The position numbers and the translations under genes were made by a program. A stretch of 64,000 nt of DNA from Eledone cirrhosa. Lineage: Eukaryota. Positions 1 through 19,770 of this stretch are shown piece by piece. The notes beneath the pieces are model-generated. The model had not been told where the DNA came from. It searched no databases and saw only the letters and a program-made list of their open reading frames with translations. The stretch lies in assembly GCA_964016885.1 (NCBI GenBank), contig OZ024757.1, positions 32,922,001 to 32,986,000 on the forward strand. The letters run 5' to 3'. How positions within the stretch are numbered: position 1 is the first letter of the stretch; each line of letters opens with the position of its first letter.

Positions 1-880
1 ACACTGCATCCTTTAACACCTCCATGGAACAAACTACCTGCATCAGTTGTTAGCTGTCGAGACACTGCATCCTTTAAAACCTCCATGGAACAAACTACCT
101 GCATCAGTTGTTAGCTGTCGAGACACTGCATCCTTTAAAACCTCCATGGAACAAACTACCTGCATCAGTTGTTAGCTGTCGAGACACTGCATCCTTTAAA
201 ACCTCCATGGAACAAACTACCTGCATCAGTTGTTAGCTGTCGAGACACTGCATCCTTTAAAACCTCCATGGAACAAACTACCTGCATCAGTTGTTAGCTG
301 TCGAGACACTGCATCCTTTAAAACCTCCATGGAACAAACTACCTGCATCAGTTGTTAGCTGTCGAGACACTGCATCCTTTAAAACCTCCATGGAACAAAC
401 TACCTGCATCAGTTGTTAGCTGTCGAGACACTGCATCCTTTAAAACCTCCATGGAACAAACTACCTGCATCAGTTGTTAGCTGTCGAGACACTGCATCCT
501 TTAAAACCTCCATGGAACAAACTACCTGCATCAGTTGTTAGCTGTCGAGACACTGCATCCTTTAAAACCTCCATGGAACAAACTACCTGCATCAGTTGTT
601 AGCTGTCGAGACACTGCATCCTTTAAAACCTCCATGGAACAAACTACCTGCATCAGTTGTTAGCTGTCGAGACACTGCATCCTTTAAAACCTCCATGGAA
701 CAAACTACCTGCATCAGTTGTTAGCTGTCGAGACACTGCATCCTTTAAAACCTCCATGGAACAAACTACCTGCATCAGTTGTTAGCTGTCGAGACACTGC
801 ATCCTTTAAAACCTCCATGGAACAAACTACCTGCATCAGTTGTTAGCTGTCGAGACACTGCATCCTTTAAAACCTCCATG
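1..880 (+). repeat. 61-bp minisatellite (>=14 copies) made from the CR1 ORF2 3' end
   Basis: Unit acactgcatcctttaaaacctccatggaacaaactacctgcatcagttgttagctgtcgag matches 26175-26240; runs into the CR1 3'UTR. Confidence 0.97.
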
Positions 881-1085
881 CTTCCTGAGATTCGCCAACA
901 CTGCGCCTGATATTCCCCCTCCATACTCATGCACACATGTATATCATGACTCATACGCTATTCACTTCCCTGACATTTGTATATTATTCTATGTACTATA
1001 CATGCACCTTTGATGAGTTGTAGTGCACCTGAGCACTGTACACAATAATTTCATTATTATATTATTATCATTATCATTATTATTA
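881..1085 (+). mobile_element. CR1-type LINE 3'UTR with (ATT)n tail
   Basis: Homologous to 26240-26380. Confidence 0.9.
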
Positions 1086-1433
1086 TATACTCTCCCTCAC
1101 ACACACATATGTATCTAATCTCTCTTTCTCTTTTGACTAACATCCATTTTCTTACTTCTATTGTTTTTCTCCCCATACTCATACTTTTTCTACCCCTCAC
1201 CTCTACAACTTTGTAACAGTCACACTAAATAATAATGACACTAATCTCAGCTTTCCAATCTTCCAGATGAACCCCAAATTACTAAGGTCACTGTCCTCCC
1301 CCAACAAATTTAACCCTCTTGACACCAAACCATCCCTGGTTCTGTTATATAAAATGTATATTTTAAAGTGTTTATATTTATCTAAAAACCTTCATTTGGT
1401 GTTGTTGTTATATCATTAATTATTTTCTTAGCC

Positions 1434-1618
1434 GGTGGATTGGTAGTATCAGTAGAGAGTCGGACGCCATGCTTTGCAGCATAGAGTTACACCCTTTATG
1501 GTCTGAGTTCAAATCCCATCGAGGTTTACTTTGCCTTTCATCCTTACGGGGGTTGATAAAATGAAGTACCAGTAATACACTGGAGTAATTGATGGCCTTG
1601 TGCCAAAAGTAGAAACAA
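1434..1618 (+). mobile_element. tRNA-derived SINE with 18-bp TSD
   Basis: B box GAGTTCAAATCCC; TSD ttaattattttcttagcc at 1416-1433 and 1619-1636. Confidence 0.9.
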
Positions 1619-2496
1619 TTAATTATTTTCTTAGCCCTTATCAAAGGCTGCTCCTTGCACTTATTAAGGGCCTTTCTTGCTTGTGTCTCCCAGGGTCAAC
1701 GAGGCCAGTATGTCTAAGGTAGACTGGATGCAGGAGTTGCCAAGGGTGTCAGCAATCCTGAACCTTAATGAAACAAACCTTCAAGTGTTTGTGTTACGTT
1801 AAAATGCTTCCAGTACGCTCTGTAAAATGGTTGATTGCCAAGCTGATCAGCCTTTGCTTTTCTGTTGGACAACTGTATATGTTGTGTATACATAGTGTAT
1901 ATAAGAGTTATGAATCACTGGTGCCAAGCTGTATCGTCCTTTGTCTTTCCTTTGGACAACATTGTATATGGAGTGTACATGGTGTATACGTAGTGTATAC
2001 ATAGTGTATATATATATATATATATAGCGTGGCTGAGTGGTTAGATAATGTATTTTTAATCGTGAGGTTGTGAGTTCGATTCCTGGATCGGGCGATGCGT
2101 TATATCCTTGAGCAAGACACTTTATTTCATGTTGCTCCTTCTACCTGGAGTTGCGACCGATAGATAGCATTAGCAATTGGAAAGACCAATGGAAACATTG
2201 TTTCCTCGGTCTGATTTGACGAAAGTCGATCGACTGTCAATATATAGTGTATATAAGAGTTGCAATGTCATTCATGTCAAATTGTATCAGCCTTTGCCTT
2301 TCCTTTGGACAATATTGGTGATGTGGAGAGGAGAGACTGACATGCATTGACAACTGCTGTCTTCTACAAAGACACCCCACCTGGGTTTGTACATCAGAGG
2401 AGAACTTTCTAGGTGAAAACCTATGGCCATCATTGACCGAAGGGCCACTCCATCTTCCTACTCTTTCTCCTTTATTTGAACTCATTTCTTCTAATA

Positions 2497-2888
2497 ATAT
2501 ATAATAATAATGAAATTATTGTGTACAGTGCTCAGGTGCACTACAACTCGTCAAAGGTGCATGTATAGTACATAGAATAATATACAAATGTCAGGGAAGT
2601 GAATAGTGTATGAGTCATGATATACATGTGTGTATGTGTGTGGAGGGGGAACATTAGGTGTAGTGTTGGCAAATTTCGGGAAGCATGGAGGTTTTAAAGG
2701 ATGCAGTGTCCCAACAGCTAACAACTGATGCAGGTAGTTTGTTCCATGCTTCAGCAACTCTGAGCATGAAAAAATGTTTCCGAAAGTCATGGGAGCTGTG
2801 CTGTTTTCTGACTTTGTGGACTTTTTGATTTCCATGTGTCTTAGACACATGGAAATCAAAAAGTTACTCAGGGTTGTTGTTGGCAAGA
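2497..2888 (-). mobile_element. CR1 LINE 3' fragment
   Basis: HKVRKQHSSHDFRKHFF..RVAEAWNKLP plus 3'UTR. Confidence 0.9.
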
Positions 2889-3022
2889 TGCTCTATATCC
2901 TTCTGTAAACTTAGATCACTTCAAATATAATAAGATCTAATTTTTTTTTATTATGAAGTCTTTGCAAACCTGTTGGTTCCATGTTTTATTAGACATTTCT
3001 CAATGTTTTCCTATTCAAACAG

Positions 3023-9146
<6,124 letters not shown>

Positions 9147-9286
9147 TTTTTTATTTTCTGCTACGAATATTTTCATTTCTCCCTCAACCCCACCACCTGC
9201 CATATCTTTTTAATTTTAAAATATTTGTTATTGCAGAAAAGCAAAAAACAAAAAAAATCTGTCCATTGGTCATATGATATATATAT

Positions 9287-9324
<38 letters not shown>

Positions 9325-9463
9325 CCCATGCAGGCATGGAAAATAGATGTTAAATGGTGATGATGATAGATATGTGTGTAAATTGATATATATACACACA
9401 TATACATAAATACTTATATATCTATATCTATAAGTACATATACATCAATATATATAAATACTT

Positions 9464-9504
<41 letters not shown>

Positions 9505-9505
9505 T

Positions 9506-9544
<39 letters not shown>

Positions 9545-10483
9545 TATACATATATTAATATCCAAAATGGAAGACATTTTATTTATCTTACAAGTGTTTC
9601 TACAAGAATGCGAAGAAAATTATAAATTGTGAAAATACTTGTTGAAACCCCATAAATAATGTATAGATGCATCTATATATTATAATCTGACCATTGACTC
9701 ACAGAATTTATTATTAAACATTAATTCCACTCAAACCTGTGTCATCAAAAACTTCATAGAATATACAAAATAAGTAATATAAGTAAAATAACATGCTTGT
9801 ATCAACAATTTCCTGATAACTCTTGAAGTTTTACCATTCTTATATATATACACATACATATATATATATACACACATACATACATACATATATATATATA
9901 TCTGTGTGTATATATATATACATATATATATGTGTATGTGTATATATATTTATGAATATATATATAAGCCTTTTCAAGTGTATACCTTCGGTGTCATGGT
10001 TGGGTTTATACCTTTCTCTTTCATTAAATATATATATATACACACACAGATACATATGTATATGTTGAACATTGAAAGCAGAAGGTGATGTTTAAGGCTT
10101 AACTATTTCGTTGTTTTATGTTCGTTTCAGAGTGTTGATTGATCATGATAACTTGATATAATGACTAATCTATAGCAGTTATGTAACTCCATATTATTAG
10201 TCTCAATACCATACATCTATCTCATCGTCTTCATCAGAAACAATGAACTAAATAAGCACTAAACTCTGTCTTTTGTTTTCATTCTACAACACATACATAT
10301 AACTCTGTAGCTTGTTTGAATGTTCAGTGAAACACAATATCACAATATGATGAAGGGCTACTGCAAAAACAAGACTTCTCATCACGTTGGAATTATTACA
10401 TGGAGTTCTAACAACCTTATTGGACCTACCATAAACAGGTAGATACCAGTGTGTGTATGTATATATATATATATATAATATAT

Positions 10484-12021
10484 AGAATGGAAAACGAAAA
10501 ATCAGTGATGCATCTGAACTCAATTTATTGTGTGTTACAATTGTTTCCCCGGTGAACAACTTGAGGTGCGATCCGTGTATGGGTCTACCTGACTCTAGAC
10601 TTGCAGGTTCCTCGGACACGTCTATTGATTTCAGATCATATCCTCTTTCTGGGCTTTTCTGACCCTACAAGCCTATATCGTCCACCTTCATCCGCTTTGC
10701 GCATCCTTGGGTTGGTCACTGCTTAGTGACGTCATCATTATTTTGACCACTTGTAGCAGCCCGCTGACTGTCAGGGCGTGAGCTGTCACTCACCCACTGT
10801 CCCGTCGGCAAAATTACTGCTGTTTATCAGCTCCCACTCGCACACACAGAGTGGCTTGTGTGCTTATGTTCACACACAGAAATAGTCACACAAATATACG
10901 CATACATGCACACAGAGAGGCGCACGCATATACACAGACACACACATACATGCACCCATACGTATATATGTATGTACACACATCTACACACACATAAAAA
11001 ATATATCTAAGAAAAGCATATAAAGATACACATTGGGTTGTACATTCAGACAGAGTTGATATTATGCTGCTAACGTGGATAAATCCGCGTATAGACACCT
11101 CAAGCAAGGCTACATATGGGGAGTTCATGGTATTAATGTAAAGGGTATGCCCAGACTGTATATAGTAAATGCATGCAGGATATATAAAAAAATGTATGCA
11201 GAATATATAAAAAATACATACATCTGAATTATATAAGAAAAGTTTACAAAGATATACATTGGTTTGTACATGGGGTGTTGTTTGTACATGGGGTAGTGTG
11301 TGTGTATATATATATATATAATGAAGATGATGATATATATGTGTGTGTCTGTATATATATGTATACATGTGTGTGTGGGTGAGTGTATATATATATATAT
11401 ATGTGTGTGTACGTAAATGTATGTATGTATATATATCTGTGAGTGTATATGTACGTCTGTGTGTGTGCATGTATATAATAATAATAATGAAATTATTGTG
11501 TCAAGTGCTCAGATGCACTACATATATATACATATGGGTGCATGTATGTGTGTGTCTGTGTATATGCGTGCGCCTCTCTGTGTGCATGTATGCGTATATT
11601 TGTGTGACTATTTCTGTGTGTGAACATAAGCACACAAGCCACTCTGTATGTATCTCTGTGTGTGCGAGTGGGAGCTGATAAACAGCAGTAATTTTGCCGA
11701 CGGGACAGTGGGTGAGTGACAGCTCACGCCCTGACAGTCAGCGGGCTGCTACAAGTGGTCAGAATAATGATGACGTCACTAACCAGTGACCAACCCAAGG
11801 ATGCGCAAAGCGGATGAAGGTGGACGATATAGGATTGTAGGGTCAGAAAAGCCCAGAAAGAGGATATGATCCGAAATTAATAGACGTGTCCAAGGAGCCT
11901 GCGAGTCTAGAGTCAGACAGATCCACACACAGATCGCACCTCAAGCTGTCCGCCGGGGAAACAATTGTAACACACAATAAATTGAGTTCAGATGCATCAC
12001 TGATTTTTCATTTTCCATTCT
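10484..12021. repeat. Long inverted repeat (~490-bp arms, ~550-bp spacer), foldback-like element
   Basis: 10484-10972 is the reverse complement of 11520-12021; a partial third copy lies at ~43040-43185. Confidence 0.92.
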
Positions 12022-13125
12022 TTAATACTCTGCTCCGTAGGAGCAAAGAGTGCTCAACCAGCATACCACCTATGGAAGTATCTTAGCTACCATTAGGCAT
12101 ATATATATATGTCATCATCATCATGAGATATATATATATATAATACATATGTATGGTTTTGAATTTTTTTAAATGTTAAATAAAATTCTATTACTACATC
12201 CATACACACGAAAGATGGAACTATGTATGGCAATCCACTCATGTATCTGTTGTACATTGGACAACTGACTGAATTGATGGAGCCGAGAGCCACTCCAGGT
12301 GTGTTTGAAGGTGTGGAAGGACTGCTAGGCTATCTGTATGGAGGCACAGGGGGCCAACTTGCCAACTTCAAAGGGGATTAGCAGTGGAACCCACCAACTA
12401 TAACATTTTTTTTTCCCCAGTTTAAGGTTGGATACTATGTATATACATGGGCGGAGGTGGTGAGAGCAGACCTCAAATTGCTGAAACTCACTGAGGAGAT
12501 GACGAAGGGCCATAACAAGTGGAGAGATGCTGTGCTGAATAGGACCCGTCCAACCAGGGAAAAGCAGACGTAAAATGATGATGAGGATATATATATAAGA
12601 ACACCATGTGGGCTAGGGAACTGGAAGTAAGGGCACAGTGGCATGATGTCATAAGAACACTGTGTGGGCTAGGGAGCTGGAAGTAAGGGCACAGTGACAT
12701 AATGTCGGAAGTGCAGGTTTGTGTCTCTTTCTTGGGCCATGTACCATGGCAGAGTGTGGACCCTTGTGTGAATGAATGCATGAGTTTTGCTACATTATCT
12801 GGCCACATGCGAAACAGATGAGCATCATGCAGGGAGATTCAGTCCGGACATGAGTGGAAACGCAAAAGCAGGTCCCTTCACTTTTTATGACACAAAGCCT
12901 GACCTTTCAGACTGCTGAGGACTAAATTTATAGAAGATATAGGATACTGAAGCACAGAAAATAACTGTAATTACAGTTAGTTGCTATAAAATAGCTTATA
13001 ATAACCAGTTAAAGACAGAGAGAGAAAAGGAAGTTGCCAGCTGCTGCTATGAAGGATTGAACTTTACCTGATTTTTATAGCAAAATTGTAGTTATTTTTT
13101 GTGCTTAAGCATCCTACATATTTTT

Positions 13126-13174
<49 letters not shown>

Positions 13175-14212
13175 GTGCAGAGCACTCAAAGTTGATGGAA
13201 GCCTTGGAGTGGAGAGACTCAGGAAGATTTTGGATGAGGTGATAAAAGCTGACCTTGACCAATTGCACCTCTTAAAGGCGATGACACAAGACTGAGGACA
13301 GGCTGAAGTATACATCCAGTAAAGCCTTCAGCCCACATTGTTGTAAATTGGTCGTGATGGCGACACAACAAAAAGTACCCAGCCCACTATAAAGTGGTTG
13401 TGTAGGTTACACGACAAACAGTGCCAGCCCATACTGTAAAGTGGTTGTGTAGGTGACACAACAAAAAGTGTCAGCCCATGCTAGCGTGGAAAAATGGATG
13501 TAAAACTGTGATGATGATGATATGTGTATATATATGTAACATGACATCAAACTGTAAAAATGAAGCCAAATTACGGATCCGTATGAATAAGACATGGTCA
13601 CCTGACTCAACTTCTTTCATATATATATATATATGTGTGTGTGTGCTGACGACCTAGTCTTTACAGCTGAATCTGTAGAAGGGTTAACAGCAAAAGTTCA
13701 AGCATAGAAGAACTTAATGTTGAAGGGCCTAAAAGTGCAAAGGTGAAAGTCAGGCAATACGATCAGGGAAGTGTCCTTATTCAATATGCCAGAAAGGAGG
13801 GGCAGTATAATTTATGGCTACAAAAGAAATGTTTGATTGCAATAAGGCTGACTGGATAGATAAAACTTTGTATATAACAGAAGCAAACACTAATAGCACA
13901 TTTGAAATTATTGTCAGTTGCCAGGGAGTCTCCTTAGAAGTGATGGATATCTTCTGTTACCTGTGAAACCTAATCAGCAATGGTGAAGGAAGCTCTGCGT
14001 GCTACATGGCAGTGAAACATGGGTCTTGACCTGCGAGAGTTAAAAAGAAATGAAGTATGCTCCAATGAATGTGTAAGGCATAAGCGAACTGAGAGAGAAA
14101 CTTGACATAAGATGAAATGGATGTAGTGTGAAATATTCATTGTATGTCATAATCTTTCTTAGAGTATTACTTTAAGGGTACACTTGTTTGAGGTGTACTC
14201 AACTACTTTCAC

Positions 14213-17200
14213 TATAATTATATAAACAGAGAGGTTAGTAGCTGCACTCGACAGTTGACTCTGTCTGTGAAGACCTATCAAAACATTGTACCTTGACATT
14301 AAAGTGGTATCAGGACTCACCTTTTGATACCTTTTCTAAAGCATCTTGGACAAGTTGTTCTGATTCTGCATCTAGGGCACTGATAAAGAAAGCAAAACAT
14401 TTTTAATGAAGAAAAATAATCCTTAAAGATCATCCTCATCAACATCATTTAATGTCCATTCTCTCCATTAACAAGGGTTGGATAGGTCCTCACAGACCTG
14501 TCAGGGGTACCACTTACATATGTTCCAGCACTCTATCGAGTGTTAAGACAAACTAAGGATGTGAATCTTACATATGTTCCCACACTACCAAATGCTCAAA
14601 TAGACGTGGGTCAACACATCCCTCATATGTTCCTGTGCTTTGCTGAGTGTTCAGACAAGCAGTGGGCCTGCATATCATGTACATACAACCCCACACACTA
14701 ACAAGTGCTCAGAAGGTCCAGGAGCTTCCATCTCATTTACATATATTACTGCACCCTACCAAGTGCTTTCTATTGTGGCATCAGAAGTAGGGAGGTTGTG
14801 ATGGCTTTGACACAGCTGAAGTATCCTCTTGACTCTTTTTTTAGCAGGTTTTCTATGGCTTCATGACCTTTCTATACAATTAACCTTTTAGCATTTAAAC
14901 TGGCCAGAATTCTCTCACCTCTTTCTGTTCAAACCGGCTGTAACTTGCTACTCATACTGATATTAAAGTATTGTTCTCAAAATAAATAACATCAAAATCT
15001 CGATTTGATATTATGTTAGATAAAGCCTTTACCGTGAAAATATAATAGTTAATATAGAGTGTTGTAAATGCTAAAGAGTTAAACATATGATAAACACACT
15101 ATCACAAACATATACCCTTGATACATATGCATACACACAACCAAGCACCTACCACATACATACATCCCCCTCACACCACACCAACACCCCTGACACATAC
15201 ACACAACCATGCACACACACATGTATACATCCCCCTCACCACACATACTTCTGGTACATATACATACACCCACCACACACACACAAGCTTACATCCCCTC
15301 ACATATACACACACACAAATAAAAGAAATGATAAACAACAATAGAACAAACATTACCTGGTTGCTTCATCTAAAATCAAAATTTTAGGGTTCTTAATCAG
15401 GGCCCTAGCAATGGCTATTCGCTGTTTCTGGGCCCCAGAGAGTGATACCCCTTGTTCACTAACCATCAGCAAATGTACAGATAAAGTTGTGTGTATTGGC
15501 GATTTTGGCAGTCTCGCAGACCTAGAAGGAGAAGTTTTCTGTCATGAATAAACAGTATCAAAAATTTATTTTTTTAAAATCATTAATAAACAATAAGAAC
15601 AGCAGCAGCCACAACAGAAACATATATAGAGATGTAGTGGGATAGCAGGCAAGCTAACAGGTAGGGAAAACTACACATGCAGTAGATGTTCAGGGAAATT
15701 TGACAGTAGAAGTCACAATGATAGACACATTTTTCAAATGCAGCTAGGATCTATAGAGGTGGTTGATAGCTTCCAATACCTAGGTGATCAGATTAGCAAG
15801 GTGCTCCGAGGCCATAGTATCTAGAATAAGGATAGGTTGGAAGAAGTTTAAAGTTTAGGGAGATGCTTCCTCTGTTGACAAAGATGGGTTTCTCCCTACA
15901 AACGAAAGGCCGGTTATATGATACCTGTGTGAGATGCACGATGCTGCATGGTAGTGAGACATGGGCAGCAACTGCGGAGGATATGCGACGGCTGGAGGGA
16001 AATGAAGCAAGCATGCTCTGTTGGATGTGAAATGTCAATGTGCGTGAACAACCAAGCATAGACGAGTTGAAAGAGAAACTGTGTATAAGAGGGATAAATT
16101 GTAGTGTGCAGGAGAGAAAACTGCGGTGGTATGGACATGTGATGTACATGGATGATGACCGCTGGGTAAAGAAGTGCCAAGAAATCCCAGTGGAAGGAAG
16201 ACCACGAAAATCATGGACAGAGGTGGTGAGAGCAGACCTCAGATCGCTGAGGCTCATGGAGAGACAGTGTGCTGAATAGGACCCGTCCCACCCTTGTAAG
16301 CAGGGAAAAGCGGATGGACGAACGAACGATAACGATGATGACCTTCACACATATATATATATATATATGTGTGTATATATATATATAGTTCAAGGAGACA
16401 ACAAACAGGAGGTACAAAAACTCTTCTTAGTTTCACGCTTTATAGTGGAAAGAAAGTTCGATGTGTTGAGATAAAGATAGGATCACAATGGTGAAACAGC
16501 GAAAAGGTCCAATAAAGACAAAAAAAATTGAAAATGAAGATAAAACAAGACATACATTTATGCATGTGTGTGTGTTTCTGCTTTGCATTTGACACCATCA
16601 TGTGGTGATGTTTGTTTCTATCTTTCAAACACAATATTCCCTACAGCACAATGGTTCAATATGCAAACATCTGTGCAATTGTAAATTGCACCTTTAACTT
16701 TTATGTTTGAAAAGTGGTATATTGAGAGTGAGAAGAAATATATTTACCTGTTCATCGGTAGCCTGAGGGAAGCCATAACGAATATTCTCTATGATAGAAG
16801 TGGCAAACAACACAGGCTCCTGCAACATTTCAACAATAGTTTATTACTTTACTACATGTATTAGTTATCATCATCACTGTTTAACCTTTTAGCATTTACA
16901 TTACTCTATATATATTATTGTATTTTTGTGGTAAAGGCTCTCTTATATAATTATCTCACATGATATCGAATCTACGAGATTCTGATGTTATTTATTTTGA
17001 GAACCTTAATGTTAGTATGAGTGGCTAATTACAGCTGGTTTGAACACAAAGAGTTGAGAGAATTCTGGTCGGATATGGCCAGTTTAAATACTAAAGGGTT
17101 AACTTTTTAGCATTTACTTTATATATATTATTGTATTTTCACGGTAAACTCTCTACCTCACATAATATCAAATCTATGAGATTTTGATTTTATTTATTTT

Positions 17201-17252
17201 GAAAACAATACCTTAACATAAGTATGAACGGCCGGTTTGAACGGAAGGAGGC
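14213..17252 (-). pseudogene. Partial unprocessed duplicate of ABCB8 (3 NBD exons with introns)
   Basis: Near-identical to 41420-43759. Exon copies at 16748-16819 (identical), 15357-15521 (14-nt deletion giving immediate TAG TGA; LSGGQ to LSGAQ) and 14321-14379. Confidence 0.93.
15790..16340 (+). mobile_element. RTE-type LINE 3' fragment inside the ABCB8 duplicate
   Basis: MLHGSETWA..., RKLRWYGHVMYMDDDRWVKKC..GRPRKSW; (GAT)-like tail. Confidence 0.85.
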
Positions 17253-17289
17253 GAGAGAATTCTGGCTGGTTTTAATGCTAAAGGGTTAA
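16881..17289. mobile_element. Two tandem piggyBac-type MITEs sharing a TTAA
   Basis: 16881-17102 and 17099-17289, each TIR-bounded. Confidence 0.85.
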
Positions 17290-19009
17290 TGTCTATTTTC
17301 CATGCTGGCATGAGTTAGATGGGTTGTTATGTTCTGAGGCTACACAGGTCAAATGACTGTCTTCTTGTTCACAAACTTGAAGAGAGTGAGTTGTATCTGG
17401 TGGCATATTGTATGGTGTGTAGCAACTTTCTAATAGGATTCTTCATTCTGATAGTTTCTTTTCCATAAAACAATCAGCTTTACCATGGCAGGTCTTGGTA
17501 GTATCCCCATTGATCCTAGCTACTTGAAGGTGTCCACCACTTCTTCAGCATGATGTTAGTTGCTATAATCTGGTTATTAATATTAACCAGAATTTTTTGA
17601 GATTTGTCATCTTTGCCATTAAATTAAAGTTTTGAACAAATTTCTTTAGATCAGTGGTAATTTCTATTTTTGATACTTCATTTGCATTCTTAGTTTCTTC
17701 GTAAACACTTTAAATTCACACTAAACATTGCTAACACTATATACACTATATACAGTTTTAGAGATGTACATACATTTTCTTCTAATAAATTAAACTTTCT
17801 CAGCTACATTGTATCTTCACTATATACACTTTCTTAGAATAACTTAACAAAGCCATCTCAACACTATATACATACATTATAAGAAATATAACTCAAGCTT
17901 CTCTCTATAAACTTTATTCTGTAGATCAGCCATACCTCTATAATGAAATGAACCGGTGACTTATCATTTTGGATTCTGTATTCATGTCAACACTCGTAGA
18001 TACATATAAACATTCATCACTTGACACATGCGTCCACCACTTCTTGAATTCTTCCATCATTCAATATGATGTTAGTTGCTTTAATCTAGTTATTAATATT
18101 AACCAGAATGTTTAGAGATTTATCGTCTTTGCCATGAAATTTAATTTTTGAACGAATTTTTTTTAGATCAGCGATAGTTTCTTTTTAGACACTTTGATGG
18201 GACTGCATGGCAAACGTAGGTCCCTCTACTGTGTTTAAATGCTTACATATTGTAAACATTTTATAAAGTTTAACATTTTTTATTGACAATGTATGTAAAT
18301 GGCTTTCAAAGTTTTTCTTATTTCAGATGTCCTGCCTTCTCGGTCATATGCTGTGTTGTTTGCTGTAACCACTGAGTGTGTTTGTTTTCATTGTGAGCAT
18401 TTACAAGTCAGAATGGCGAAGTTTCCTCGAGACTGATGAAGTATCTGTTAATAAAGAAATGTTTACATCTTGTGTTCAGTTTTTCTTTGACCAAAAATAT
18501 GGGCGCTCAGCCTCAGGTTTCTGTTAATAAAGAAATCTTCACAAAAGAAACCAAGAATGTGGGTGAAGTGTCTAAAAAAAGAGAAATTAAGAATGTAGAT
18601 GAAGTGTCTAAAAAAGAAATTAAGTATGTAGAAGTGACGAAAAGAATGTAAGTGAAGTGTCTAAAATGAAACCAAGAATGTAAATGAAGTGGCAAAAGAA
18701 ACTATTCTTGTCATTACAGTTGGGTAGCCCATTTCACACCCTCTCCATTCTTGTCACTTCTGACAAAAATACAGCACCTCTTTTGATTGTCTATTTTACA
18801 TCCTTCCCTATCCTTGTTAATACAAATTAAAATATTGCATTTCCTTTATTTAGAGGTATTCTCCTTTATGGGATTTTTTTGTTGGGGGTAGCGGGTATTG
18901 TGTGTAATGTTTTCTTTATCGTAAATTCATTCCTATATACAGGAAGAATTTTAGAGACGTACTTACATTTATATTTAACCACTATATACATTTTCTTCTA
19001 ATAAATTAA

Positions 19010-19770
19010 ACCTGAGGAGGATATTAGAGGAAGCTAGAGCAAAGTGCCTTCCTGTAGTCATGGATTTTATTGACTTTAGGAAGGCCTTTGATTCTGTGGA
19101 TCGTCACTGCCTGATGAAGATCTTACAGGCTTATGGAATCCCCAAGAAGATAGTAGATCTGACATCACTGCTCTACACCAACACCAAAGCCCAAGTCATT
19201 ACACCTAATGGGATGACAGAGTTCTTTGAGATACTGGGTGGAGTGCTCCAGGGAGATACATTGGCTCCCTACCTTTTTGTATGCGCTGGAGAAACACCAG
19301 GACTCTGGCTCAAAGCAGGAGAGTTAAGGCAAAAAAGATATCGGATGCTGAATTTGCCGACGACATAGTTCTGGTGACAAACACAGTGAAGGAGGCAGAG
19401 GATTTGATGCGGGAGGTGGAGACTGTGGGGCTGAAAACGAATGAGATTAAGACGAAGTATCTGGTAAAGAATATTAAGAAGCTAGAGAAGATTACTAATG
19501 TAGGCGGGAAGCTACTAGAATTGGTTGAGGACTTCCTGTATTTGGGAGCAAAGATTGGGAATACAGATGATGTGGTCAAGAGGAAGAGCAAAGCCTGGGC
19601 GGCGTACCACAGTTTGAGATCAGTGTGGAAGTCGGACTTTCATAAAGACCCATCTCTTCATTGCTGTAGTCTGTGCTGCTGTACGGGTCTGAGACTTAGA
19701 CACTGACCAAGAAACTCACTCAGATGGTGGATGGGTGCTACACGAGAATGCTGAGGATGGCTCTGAACAT
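19010..19770 (+). mobile_element. RTE-clade LINE reverse transcriptase relic (frameshifted)
   Basis: FIDFRKAFDSV, GVLQGDTLAPYLF, FADD, FLYLGA. Confidence 0.88.

Noticed and set aside
1-880. CRISPR-like appearance of regular repeats (also 29727-30437, 57590-58465, 60720-61140)
   Set aside because: Head-to-tail units without unique spacers, no cas genes, eukaryotic context.
1434-1560. tRNA genes suggested by A/B boxes (also 3281, 22650, 36301, 55485)
   Set aside because: No cloverleaf; followed by SINE bodies and tails, several with TSDs.
9184-11678. Numerous YI/CV/HT-rich ORFs (also 15079-15387, 24128-24538, 31859-32146, 42298-42573)
   Set aside because: Translations of (TA)n/(CA)n microsatellites.
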